NCBI RefSeq assembly: GCF_044704955.1
Contig: NC_091985.1
Span: forward strand, 152,582,001-152,646,000
Source: Pristiophorus japonicus
Taxonomy: Eukaryota
Length of the DNA: 64,000 bases
Direction of reading: 5' to 3'
Positions within the stretch are counted from its first letter, which is position 1, and every line of letters begins with the position of its first letter. The notes beneath the pieces are model-generated. The model saw only the letters and a program-made list of their open reading frames with translations. It made no database searches and had not been told where the DNA came from. Below, one piece after another: positions 13,001-24,000 of the stretch. The translations under genes were made by a program, and so were the position numbers.

Positions 13001-14045
13001 GAGTTCTAAATTTCTCCCAGTCCCCGGGTTCGCTGCTATTTCTGGCCAATTTGTATGCCACTTCCTTGGCTTTAATACTATCCCTGATTTCCCTTGATAG
13101 CCACGGTTGAGCCACCTTCCCTTTTTTATTTTTACGCCAGACAGGAATGTACAATTGTTGTAGTTCATCCATGCGGTCTCTAAATGTCTGCCATTGCCCA
13201 TCCACAGTCAACCCCTTAAGTATCATTCGCCAATCTATCCTAGCCAATTCACGCCTCATACCTTCAAAGTTACCCTTCTTTAAGTTCTGGACCATGGTCT
13301 CTGAATTAACTGTTTCATTCTCCATCCTAATGCAGAATTCCACCATATTATGGTCACTCTTCCCCAAGGGGCCTCACACAACGAGATTGCTAATTAATCC
13401 CCTCTCATTACACAACACCCAGTCTAAGATGGCCCCCCCCTAGTTGGTTCCTCGACATATTGGTCTAGAAAACCATCCCTTATGCACTCCAGGAAATCCT
13501 CCTCCACTGTATTGCTTCCAGTTTGGTTAGCCCAATCTATGTGCATATTAAAGTCACCCCACCCTTATTGCATGCACCCCTAATTTCCTGTTTGATACCC
13601 TCCCCAACATCACTACTACTGTTTGGAGGTCTGTACACAACTCCCACTAACGTTTTTTACCCTTTGGTGTTCTGCAGCTCTACCCATATAGATTCCACAT
13701 CATCCAAGCTAATGTCCTTCCTAACTATTGCATTAATCTCCTCCTTAAACAGCAATGCTACCCCACACCTCCTTTTTCTTTTATTCTATCCTTCCTGAAT
13801 GTTGAATACCCCTGGATGTTGAGTTCCCAGCCCTGATCATCCTGGAGCCACGTCTCTGTAATCCCAATCACATCATATTTGTTAACATCTATTTGCACAG
13901 TTAATTCATCCACCTTATTACAGATACTCCTTGCATTAAGACACAAAGCCTTCAGGCTTGTTTTTTTAAACACCCTTTGTCCTTTTAGAATTTTGCTGTA
14001 CAGTGGCCCTTTTTGTTCTTTGCCTTGGGTTTCTCTGCCCTCCAC
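10064..14045 (-). pseudogene. CR1 ORF2 (APE endonuclease and reverse transcriptase), frameshifted and MITE-disrupted
   Basis: 13758..14045 (LNARS, ITETW); 11865..13367 (SDH, GVPQGSVLGP, FEDD); 10064..10807 (C-terminus). Confidence 0.9.
10792..11884 (+). mobile_element. Harbinger-family non-autonomous element (MITE)
   Basis: TIRs GGGCCCAAGTTTCCACATGAT / ATCATGTGGAAACTTGGGCCC. Both arms resemble the autonomous element at 48623-53369. Flanks are TAT / ATA (imperfect TSD). Confidence 0.9.
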
Positions 14046-14137
14046 TTTTCCTCATCTCCTTTCTGTCTTTTGCTTTTGTCTCCTTTTTGTTTCCCTCTGT
14101 CTCCCTGCATTCGTTCCCATCCCCCTGCCATATTAGT

Positions 14138-15086
14138 TTAACTCCTCCCCAACAGCACGAGCAAACACTCCCCCCCTAGGACATTGGTTCCGGTCCTGCC
14201 CAGGTGCAGACCGTCCGGTTTGTACTGGTCCCACCTCCCCCAGAACCGGTTCCAATGCCCCAGGAATTTGAATCCCTCCCTGCTGCACCACTGCTCAAGC
14301 CACGTATTCATCTGCGCTATCCTGCGATTCCTACTCTGACTAGCACGTGGCACTGGTAGCAATCTCGAGATTACTACTTTTGGAGGTCCTACTTTTTAAA
14401 TTTAGCTCCTAACTCCTTAAATTAGTCTCGTAGGTCCTCATCCCTTTTTTTAACCTATGTCGTTGGTACCAATGTGCACCACGACAACTGGCTGTTCTCC
14501 CTCCCTTTTTAGAATGTCCTGCACCCGCTCCGAGACATCCTTGACCCTTGCACCAGGGAGGCAACATACCATCCTGGAGTCTCGGTTGCGGCCGCAGAAA
14601 CGCCTATCTATTCCCCTTACAATTGAATCCCCTATCACTATCGCTCTCCCACTCTTTTTCCTGCCCTCCTGTGCAACAGAGCCAGCCACGGTGCCATGAA
14701 CTTGGCTGCTGCTGCCCTCCCCTGATGAGTCATCCCCCTCAACAGTACTCAAAACAGTGTATCTGTTTTGCAGGGGGATGACCACAGGGGACCAACTGCA
14801 CGACCTTCCTTGCACTGCTCTTCCTGCTGGTCTTCCATTCCCTACCTGGCTGTGGACCCTTTACCTGCGGTACGACCAACTCGCTACACGTGCTACTCAC
14901 GTCATTCTCAGCATCGTGGATGCTCCAGAGTGAATCCACCCTCAGCTCCAACTCCGCAATGCGGTCAGTCAGGAGCTGGAGGCGGATACACTTCCCGCAC
15001 ATGTAGTCGTCAGGAACACTGGAGTCGTCCCCGAGTTCCCACATGGTACAGGAGGAGCATAACACGTGACCGAGCTGTCCTGCCAT
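14138..15086 (-). pseudogene. CR1 ORF1 (N-terminal Cys-rich zinc finger, coiled coil, SGNH esterase), frameshifted
   Basis: CxxC...CxxC in 14739..15086; GDSIVRG and VVHIGTND in 14450..14815; DGLHL in 14138..14362. Confidence 0.88.
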
Positions 15087-15158
15087 GACTTAACCCTTAG
15101 ATAAGCAACAACAATGCTAAAGTTTACTCACTGTTATAGAAGAGAAAAAAGAAAAACT

Positions 15159-15532
15159 ACTCACCAATCACCATCCAGTCACTTACGCCCTTGGCTGTGA
15201 CGTCACCTTTCTGTTTCTTTCTACTTCTTTTTTGCCTTCTCCCTGTAGCTGCACCGGCTCGCCTTTTATAGGCCTCTCCATGGACCTCCTCCGACGCTGC
15301 TCCCGACTGCCGCCGACGCTGGGCCCCGGACTTCCTGCTGTGCCTTTTATAGGCCTCTCCACGCAGCTCCCGACTGCCGCTGACGCTAGGCCCCGGACTC
15401 CCTGCTGTGCCTTTTATAGGCCTCTCCACGCACCTCCAATGCTGCTCCCGACTGCCGCCGACGCTGGGCCCCGGACTCCCTGCTGTGCCTTTTATAGGCC
15501 TCTCCACGCACCATCGACGCTGCTCCCGCCGA
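15159..15532 (-). promoter_or_regulatory. CR1 5' UTR: four TATAAAAG-bearing tandem monomers, a CRE palindrome and splice-donor motifs
   Basis: CTTTTATA at 15263, 15344, 15411 and 15489; TGACGTCA at 15198-15205; minus-strand GTAAGT (15181-15186) and GTGAGT (15159-15164). Confidence 0.6.
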
Positions 15533-16406
15533 CGAATGGTGGTGCAGGCTCGAAGGGCCGAATGGCCTACTCCTGCACCTATTTTCGATGTTTTCTATGA
15601 TTCTATTGGAATTCTCTGCAACCAAGAGGCTGGAGACCAACTTTAGATGGCTTTTTTGGGATGAATTATTTTTATACTATTTTGGCTGTAGAAGGTCTAG
15701 GGAATCTGCTGAATCTAAATGCCCATTTATTAAAGATGGGGAAGTTTTCTTTGACTGCTTTACAATGTGCACACTAAATTCAATCACTTCACAACTTTAG
15801 CACAATACAGCAACTCTACCATAAATCACATCATCTTCCAGAGTGATTAGGTTTCCCAGAGAATAAAAAAATCAAGCCTGCCCTTGTAAGATTTGTCTCA
15901 AATATAGGATTAATCTAAATCTGACCCAAGACAGGTAATCTCAAAACTTTAAAAATCACATCTGACAGACTTCGTAAATCATAATTTTTGGACTATGGAA
16001 GCAGTAATTAACTGGATAGCTGCTTTCAGCCAATTTAGCATCCATTATAACTGATGTGTGAGGGGAAAAAAAAAATTCAGTGAAAAGAAGGAATTTCGAA
16101 TTCACATGACAAAAATTCATGAAATAATGAAATAGTGACGCACATAAGTAGCAATGCTGCTAACTGCTGCAAACAAGAAATTAAATGAACCTCGGCAATG
16201 CATCAAGGAGAATTTATATGGGCTCCAGCTGAAAGTGTTGACCATTCATTGAATTTTCTAGCCATCTGGTTTTCTTTAATCATTTATTCTTTACAACCAA
16301 CCTTTCCTTTGTACTTGCCCTGCAACTTTAACAAACCAAACTAGTTCTGTCAATTCAAACTTGAATAGATTTTTCCAACAATGCTTGTAACTATCCAAAT
16401 GTAATT

Positions 16407-17006
16407 GGCCTAGAAATCCTGGCTTCCCCGTACGGAGTGTACATGGACCTGGGAAGGCATCGTAAAACGCGCATGCTCTGAAAACCGGCTTTTCCAATCT
16501 GTCAAGCTGGCACACGCGAAACAGTTTTAAAACATACAAAAACATAGTAAAATAATAAAAAATTAAAAAACATTTTAATGTTTAAAAACCATGCCCACTA
16601 AGGAAAGTTTATTTTAAAACCATAAATTAAAAAAAAAAAAAAAATTTTTTCCCCCTCGATTTTTAAAGACATTTATTAACTTTAATTTAAATTAATCTTA
16701 AATATGTGATGTAGTTTTTCTATTTTGTGTGTGTTTGGGTGTTTTTCAATCATAATAATGAGAACTCCTACTTACGGAGTTCCCATTATGAATGAGAAAA
16801 TACTACACCTGGATTGGTTGTCCAGTGCCAAGTGACTCCAGCTCCAGCGTACGGACGTCCTGATGTGCACGCGCTCCGATGCGCAGGGAGAGGCGGCCGC
16901 CTCGGGACCGGGATCGCTGGTGGGTGTAGCAGGCACAGGTAGGTGTGCATCTTTAACATTTTCTGTCAAGCGCCCACGGGAAGCAGAGGAGCGGGATTTC
17001 TCGACC
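16407..17006. mobile_element. 600-bp MITE, probably PIF/Harbinger superfamily (second family)
   Basis: Imperfect TIRs GGCCTAGAAATCC / GGATTTCTCGACC; 3-bp TSD ATT on both sides; CpG-rich arms. Confidence 0.75.
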
Positions 17007-17553
17007 ATTATTTTTCTTCTAATTATTAAATTTGCATCCTTTTCTTGCCAATGTTCTCCTCTTGAAGGCATTGATTCTTTATTTAGGCAAGATTCCATAT
17101 ATACAGATCACTCTACAGTACCTTGCCCAAGTGGTCATTATAATGCACACGCCTAGATACAAGTGGACAATTTTCTGTAACTAAGCCAGAGGCACCAAAT
17201 ACAGCATCAATGTCACCCCAGCAGATCATCAATTCATTCATTATAGGCTAGGCATCAAACCTTTCTGATCTTTCTAGTTCAGTTGCTCACTAGCTTAAAC
17301 AACTAAACCAAAATGCTTTTCTGTAGTAAAACTGATCAAAAATATTAATGCATAGAACTAATCATTGAATTTACTTGCTAAAATTGCCACTATGTTGTTC
17401 AAATAAATGAATGTTCAGAAGCAGCCTTTTATTGCAAACATTTTGAAGTGGTGAATGGAGTGCAGCAGTTCAACCAAAATCTGACCAACAAATCCATTTA
17501 AACTGAATATCTGATACTATGTAAAGCTCTTTTCCTTCAACTGTGTAATACTG

Positions 17554-17760
17554 CATGCAAATAACTCTCGAGTTATGTGCATTTACCTTCAGATGGGCAA
17601 CAGTTGTAGTAGGCAACATGATTCCTTCTCCCTGGGGTTAGGACACATGCACAGGATCCAGGTGAAGGCAGATCAGCAGGATAGAAACCATGCAGATCAT
17701 GCAAAGGACAGGAAAGAGAAGACAGCGACGCTGTGAAACTACAGCAGGAAAACACATGCA
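17554..17760 (-). promoter_or_regulatory. Cluster of five RBFOX-type UGCAUG elements around the afadin micro-exon
   Basis: CATGCA on the + strand at 17554, 17646, 17689, 17698 and 17755. Confidence 0.7.
17587..17631 (-). CDS. AFDN: Afadin 45-nt symmetric cassette exon: GRRNHVAYYNCCPSE
   Basis: Matches the mammalian afadin segment GRRNHFAYYNYHTYE (recalled) that follows LVELSP. Boundaries ccccAG / GTaaat, phase 1-1, length divisible by 3. Confidence 0.88.
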
Positions 17761-19099
17761 TCTCTTCCATTTAAATTAGTGAATCTACACATTTCAGTGA
17801 AAATCAGATCACTAGATATCCTGCAATCTGGATAGCAAGGTTTCAGATTTAACTTTTCTGCAAAACACACTGCAAGCAGTTGGATACATAAACATGTACA
17901 TTATGAACCTGGTCAGCTGTCTAGTGCATTTTAAGCATTTGTTACCTTGAAACAAATTAGACAGAATTATTCCTCCCTCTCATGAACTTGTTTGAAAACG
18001 CTTGAGTATTAGCTGCAGATATTACTCAGCCCATTTTTAGACAAGTTCTATTTTAGATAAACAAGTTCAATAATTTCAAAGAGATCACCCTTTCAGTAAA
18101 TACACCTCAGTCCAGAAAAAGATTAGTCATCCAACTGTACTTTTCAATCTTCCAAAGTTATACATAACATAGGTAATGCACAGCTCAACTCTGGGAGGAG
18201 AAAGGAGGAGGGGCAACAAAGAAAAGTAATTAGAATTCATGACCTTTTAAGAAAGTTACATCTTGAACCACAGTTCCTTATCTTTCCTTATTCTAAATAG
18301 GATAGCCCCCTGGGCATTATGAATTATTTTTAGTCAGAGGAGAGAAGGCTAAGCAGCAGAACTCAAAAAGGAAGTCAGTCAAAATATTTTTTTAAAAAAA
18401 GGAAATGCTCTTTTCTTGTGGAAACATTAAAATGCAACTGTTGTGAGCAGTAAGGTTTCCTGTGTGCTCGGTGTAGTAAAATTGTAAATGTGTTCTTTAT
18501 TGACTGGTTTGCAGAGGAAATTATGCCTTACAATGGTGATAATTTCCCAATAGACATTCCTACCCACTGAATGGTTTCAATGTAAGTTTAAAATCATATT
18601 GCAATAATCACCCCAATGTAAAGGTCTTCAATGGAACCTCATGTACTAATGCAACTTGTCCTTGCTTCAAACTTAAGACTTCACCTTACTATTTAGTCAC
18701 AACTTTGGAGTGGATTATTGTATATTTCCAACTTCATTTTATAGGAGTTTGCAGTGACACAAATCATTACCAGGGATAGAGGGGTTACAGGTTACACTTT
18801 TCTCTACATAAAAGGTTATTAGACACAACGTTATTACAGCTACTGAAACATTGTGAATCGTGACATTCAAGAGTGGATTAAATTTGAGAAACATTAAAGT
18901 GAATGGGGAAACAGCTGGGAAATGAGATTACAGCAGCTCTACTGTAGAGCACAAACTTCCTTCTGAATTTAAATTTCTCTGATTCTGTGTGTAATGATGT
19001 ACTTAAGAAGCAAGTACTTACTAATTTTTGATCAATATAAAACACATTTCTAATAAGTGTGTTTTCTTTGCTACTACAGATCTAGAAAAACTATAAAAT

Positions 19100-20567
19100 G
19101 TGGAGTGGATGGTAGCCAATGTAACACCACTTTTTAAAAAAAGGAGGGAGAGAAAACAGGGAATTATAGACCGGTCAGCCTGACATCGGTAGTGGGTAAA
19201 ATGATGGAATCAATTATTAAGGATGTCATAGCAGTGCATTTGGAAAGAGGTAATATGATAGGTCCAAGTCAGCATGGATTTGTGAAAGGGAAATCATGCT
19301 TGACAAATCTTCTGGAATTTTTTGAGGATGTTTCCAGTAGAGTGGACAAGAGAGAACCAGTTGATGTGGTATATTTGGACTTTCAGAAGGCTTTCGACAA
19401 GGTCCCACACAAGAGATTAATGTGCAAAGTTAAAGCACATGGGATTGGGGGTAGTGTGCTGACATGGATTGAGAACTGGTTGTCAGACAGGAAGCAAAGA
19501 GTAGGAGTAAATGGGGACTTTTCAGAATGGCAGGCAGTGACTAGTGGGGTACCGCAAGGTTCTGTGCTGGGGCTCCAGCTGTTTACACTGTACATTAATG
19601 ATTTAGACGAGGGGATTAAATGTAGTATCTCCAAATTTGCGGATGACACTAAGTTGGGTGGCAGTGTGAGCTGCGAGGAGGATGCTATGAGGCTGCAGAG
19701 TGACTTGGATAGGTTAGGTGAGTGGGCAAATGCATGGCAGATGAAGTATAATGTGGATAAATGTGAGGTTATCCACTTTGGTGGTAAAAACAGAGAGACA
19801 GACTATTATCTGAATGGTGACAGATTAGGAAAAGGGGAGGTGCAAAGAGACCTGGGTGTCATGGTACATCAGTCATTGAAGGTTGGCATGCAGGTACAGC
19901 AGGCGGTTAAGAAAGCAAATGGCATGTTGGCCTTCATAGCGAGGGGATTTGAGTACAGGGGCAGGGAGGTGTTGCTACAATTGTACAGGGCCTTGGTGAG
20001 GCCACACCTGGAGTATTGTGTACAGTTTTGGTCTCCTAACCTGAGGAAGAACATTCTTGCTATTGAGGGAGTGCAGCGAAGGTTCACCAGACTGATTCCC
20101 GGGATGGCGGGACTGACCTATCAAGAAAGACTGGATCAACTGGGCTTGTATTCACTGGAGCTCAGAAGAATGAGAGGGGACCTCATAGAAACGTTTAAAA
20201 TTCTGACGGGGTTAGACAGGTTAGATGCAGGAAGAATGTTCCCGATGTTGGGGAAGTCCAGAACCAGGGGACACAGTCTAAGGATAAGGGGGAAGCCATT
20301 TAGGACCGAGATGAGGAGGAATTTCTTCACCCAGAGAGTGGTGAACCTGTGGAATTCTCTACCACAGAAAGTTGTTGAGGCCAATTCACTAAATATATTC
20401 AAAAAGGAGTTAGATGAAGTCTTTACTACTAGGGGAATCAAGGGGTATGGTGAGAAATCAGGAATGGGGTACTGAAGTTGCATGTTCAGCCATGAACTCA
20501 TTGAATGGCGGTGCAGGCTAGAAGGGCCGAATGGCCTACTCCTGCACCTATTTTCTATGTTTCTATG
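19100..20567 (+). mobile_element. Young 5'-truncated CR1 with uninterrupted RT ORF (19192..20475) and complete tail
   Basis: 427-aa ORF with FADD motif; almost identical by eye to the reverse complement of 9993-12530 once the MITE is removed. Confidence 0.95.
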
Positions 20568-21074
20568 TAATTGCCAACATGTTTAAAGGTTTACATCCTT
20601 TTTAATATGCTCCCATTTTAGGGCATCACTGGAAACATGTTTTAGAAATATTAATTTCTCCAACTTGCATACATCTTTCACAAAATATTTAAATAAATAG
20701 TAAGCCTCAAAATGAAGTTTTCTTAGAAGAAATTAAGTTATCTGTGAAACCTTCCTGGCTGTGGTTATTGTTCAAGAAAAACATCAAGTTGGGTTGGACA
20801 CCCCCAGGTATAGATTTGATAAATGGAAAAAGGCAGTCAATGATAAAAAGTCACAGAAAAAGGAGTTTTAAAAGGAAACGGATTGTTCACTTTTCTTGCA
20901 GGCAGAATTGCCAAAAGTATCAAAAACTACAGAGGTAAACAGTAGCAACGGTAGGGCTACTAAAAACATGCATAATAATCCAAGACATTGCCTAGGTAAA
21001 TATAATTATAAGTAACCAGAAAGTAAAGATTATTAGAGGCCTGGGAGAAATAAAAGAAAGGTGTGCATACAAAG

Positions 21075-24000
21075 TAGTGTATTGCCACAGTAGAGATAAA
21101 GTAAAACAGAGTATAAATCAGGAAATTAGAGGTGCATGTAACAAGGGGAATACTGTAATCATGGGGGACTTCAATCAGCATATAGGGCTCAAGTTTCCAC
21201 ATGATTTGCGCCTGATTTTTAGGAGCAACTGGTGGAGAATGGACTATCTTAGAAAGCGCAATTCTCCACATTTTATTTTCTGCAGTTCTAGTCAGGTAGA
21301 ACAGAACAGATTTTTTTCTTCAAAAGGGGGCGTGTCCGGCCACTGACACCTGATTTCAAAGTTTCCACAGTGAAAACGTACTCCAAACTAAAGTAGAATG
21401 GAGCAAGTGAAGATTTTTGTAGAACTGAAAAAAACCTGTTCTACACATTAAAAAATCAGGCGCAGGTTACAAATTAGGCACCCAGAACAAGGTGGGGGGG
21501 GGGGGGAAGGGAAGTCATTAAATTTTATAATAAATCCTTATTTATACTTAGACAAATAAATCCAACCTGAATAAACATTTATAAGCAAAGAAAAGATTAA
21601 ATAAACCATCTTCCTACCTGTGTGAAAGTGCTTCAGGCAGGCCTTTCGGGACCGAAGGCTGAACGGGCCGGCCCGAGACTTTGGGCAGGGCCCGTCCCCA
21701 GCACCAGATTTACAGGTAGGTGGCGTTGGGGAGGGGGAGGGGGAGGGGGAGGGGGAGGGGGAGGGGGAGGGGGAGGGGGAGGGGGAGGGGGAGAGAGAGG
21801 GAAGTCAGGTCGGATCCAGTCCAGGAGCTGGAGTCGGGTCGGGTCCAGTGTGGGGGGGTCGGGTCGGGTCCAGTCGGGGGGGCGGGGACCGGGAACAGGA
21901 GCGCGGGTCGGGTCAGTCCGGGGGGGGGGGGGGGGGGGGGGGGCACGGGTGTCGGGTCTGGTCCGGAGGCAGGGGGGTGGCGGGTGTCGGGTCTGGTCCG
22001 GAGGCAGGGGGGGGGGCGGAGCAGGAGCTGGCCGTGGGAGGAGCCTTATTCACGCAGCCCCAGTGAGGCCATTCAGCCAGGGCTAGGGGCTGCGTGCTTC
22101 GGGCCCCTCCCACACAGTTTGGCGCCTGGAGCTACTGCCACTTGCGTGCCCACTGTAGCGCGCATGTGCAGAGGTCCCGGCACTGTTTTCAGCGCAGGGA
22201 CCTGGCTCCGCCCCCCCCACAGCTCGTGCTGGCTGCGCCGAGGGCCAGAGGACCTGTAAGTCGGTGGAGAATACCAAGTATTTTTTTAGGCGCACTTTGT
22301 GGCGCGAAAAACAGGCGTCCAGGTCGGGACTGCGCTGTTCTAGGCACGTGTGGAAACTTGGGCCCATAGACTGGGCAAAATAAATATGCAGTAATAGTGT
22401 AGAAGACAAATTCATGGAATGTATACAAGATGGTTTTCTAGATCAGTATGTTGAGGAACCAACTAGAGAATAGGCTATTTTAAGAGCTAATATTGTTCCA
22501 TGAGAAAGGGTTAATTAATAACCTAGCAGTAAAGGGGCATTTAGGGAAGAGTGACCATAATATGATATCATTTTATATTGAGTTTGAAAGTGATTTAGTT
22601 AAATCCAAAACTAGTGTCTTAAATCTAAACAAAGGAAACTACATAGTTATGAGGGGCGAGTTGGCTAAGGTAGATTGCGAAACTACATTAAAAGGTACGA
22701 CGGTAGACAAGCAATGGCTAGCATTTAAAGAATTAATACATAATTTGCAATAAACATATTTTCCTTTAAAGCACAAAAACCCACAGGAAAAGTGGTCCAA
22801 CTGTGGCTACCAAGAGAAGTTAAAGATAGTATTAGATCAAAGGAATAGGCTTACAATGTTGCCAAAAAGAGCAATAATAAGCCTGAGGATTGGGAGGATT
22901 TTAGAATTCAGCAAAGGAGGAGCAAGAAATTGATAAAGAAAGTGAAAATAGAATATGAGAGTAAACTAGCGAGAGACATAAAAACAGGCTGTAAAAGCTT
23001 CTAGAGGCATGTAAAAAGGAAAAGATTAGCAAAGGTAAATGTGGGTCCCTTACAGACCGAGACAGGAGAAATTATAATGGGGAATAAGGAAATGGCAGAG
23101 CAATTAAACAACTACTTTGTGTCTGTCTTCATGAAAGACAAAAAACCTCCCGGAAATAGTGGAGAACCAAGGGTCTAGCGAGACTGTGGAACTGAAAGAA
23201 ATTAGTATTAGTAAAAAAGTAGTACTGGAGAAATTAATGGGACTGAAAGCCAATAAATCCCCAGGATCTGATGGCCTATATCCTAGGGTTTTGAAAGAGG
23301 TGGCTATAGAGATAGTGGATGCATTGGTTGTTATCTTCCAAAATTCCATAGATTCTAGAATGGTTCCCAGAGATTGGAAGGTAGTTCATGTAACCCCACT
23401 ATTTAAGAAAGGAGGGAAGAGAGAAAACGGGGAACTACAGAACAGTTAGCCTGACATCAGGCGTAGGGAAAATGCTAGAATCTATTAAGGACATGGTAAC
23501 AGGGCACTTAGAAAATAATAATAGGCTGGTGCAGAGTCAACACAGATTTATGAATGGAAAATCATGTTTGACAAATCTGAAGAGTTTTTTGAGGTTGTAA
23601 CTAATAATATAGATAAGGAGGAACCAGTGGATGTGGTGTATTTGGATTTTCAGAAGGCATTCGATAAGGTGCCACACAAGAGGTTATTAAACAAAAGTAG
23701 GGCTCATGGGATTAGGGATAATATACTAGCATGGATTGAAGATTAGCTATCGGAACAGAAAACAGAGTGCAGGAATAAACATGTCATTTTGGTTTGGCAG
23801 GCTGTAACTAGTGAGGTACCGCAAGGATCGGTGCTTGGGCCCCAGCTATTCACAATCCATATCAATGATTTGGATGAGACCACCAAATGTAATATATTCA
23901 AATTTGCTGATGATACAAAGCTAGGAGGGAATAAAAGTTGTGAGGAGGGTGCAAAGAGGCTTCAAGGTTGAAGGTGACCAAGGCTGGGAACTGAATATTC

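Larger units (their letters stand above)
9993..15532 (-). mobile_element. Full-length young CR1 LINE (5' monomers, ORF1, ORF2, AAACATAG-repeat tail), interrupted by a Harbinger MITE
   Basis: Continuous ORF1 and ORF2 segments in the ORF track; tail at about 9991-10015; GC-rich tandem 5' end at 15250-15532. Confidence 0.93.

Noticed and set aside
15250-15532. CRISPR-like repeat array
   Set aside because: Eukaryotic context, no unique spacers; these are tandem LINE 5' monomers.
21622-22428. Gly/Arg-rich ORFs, and similar ORFs at 37387-38131
   Set aside because: Low-complexity MITE interiors.
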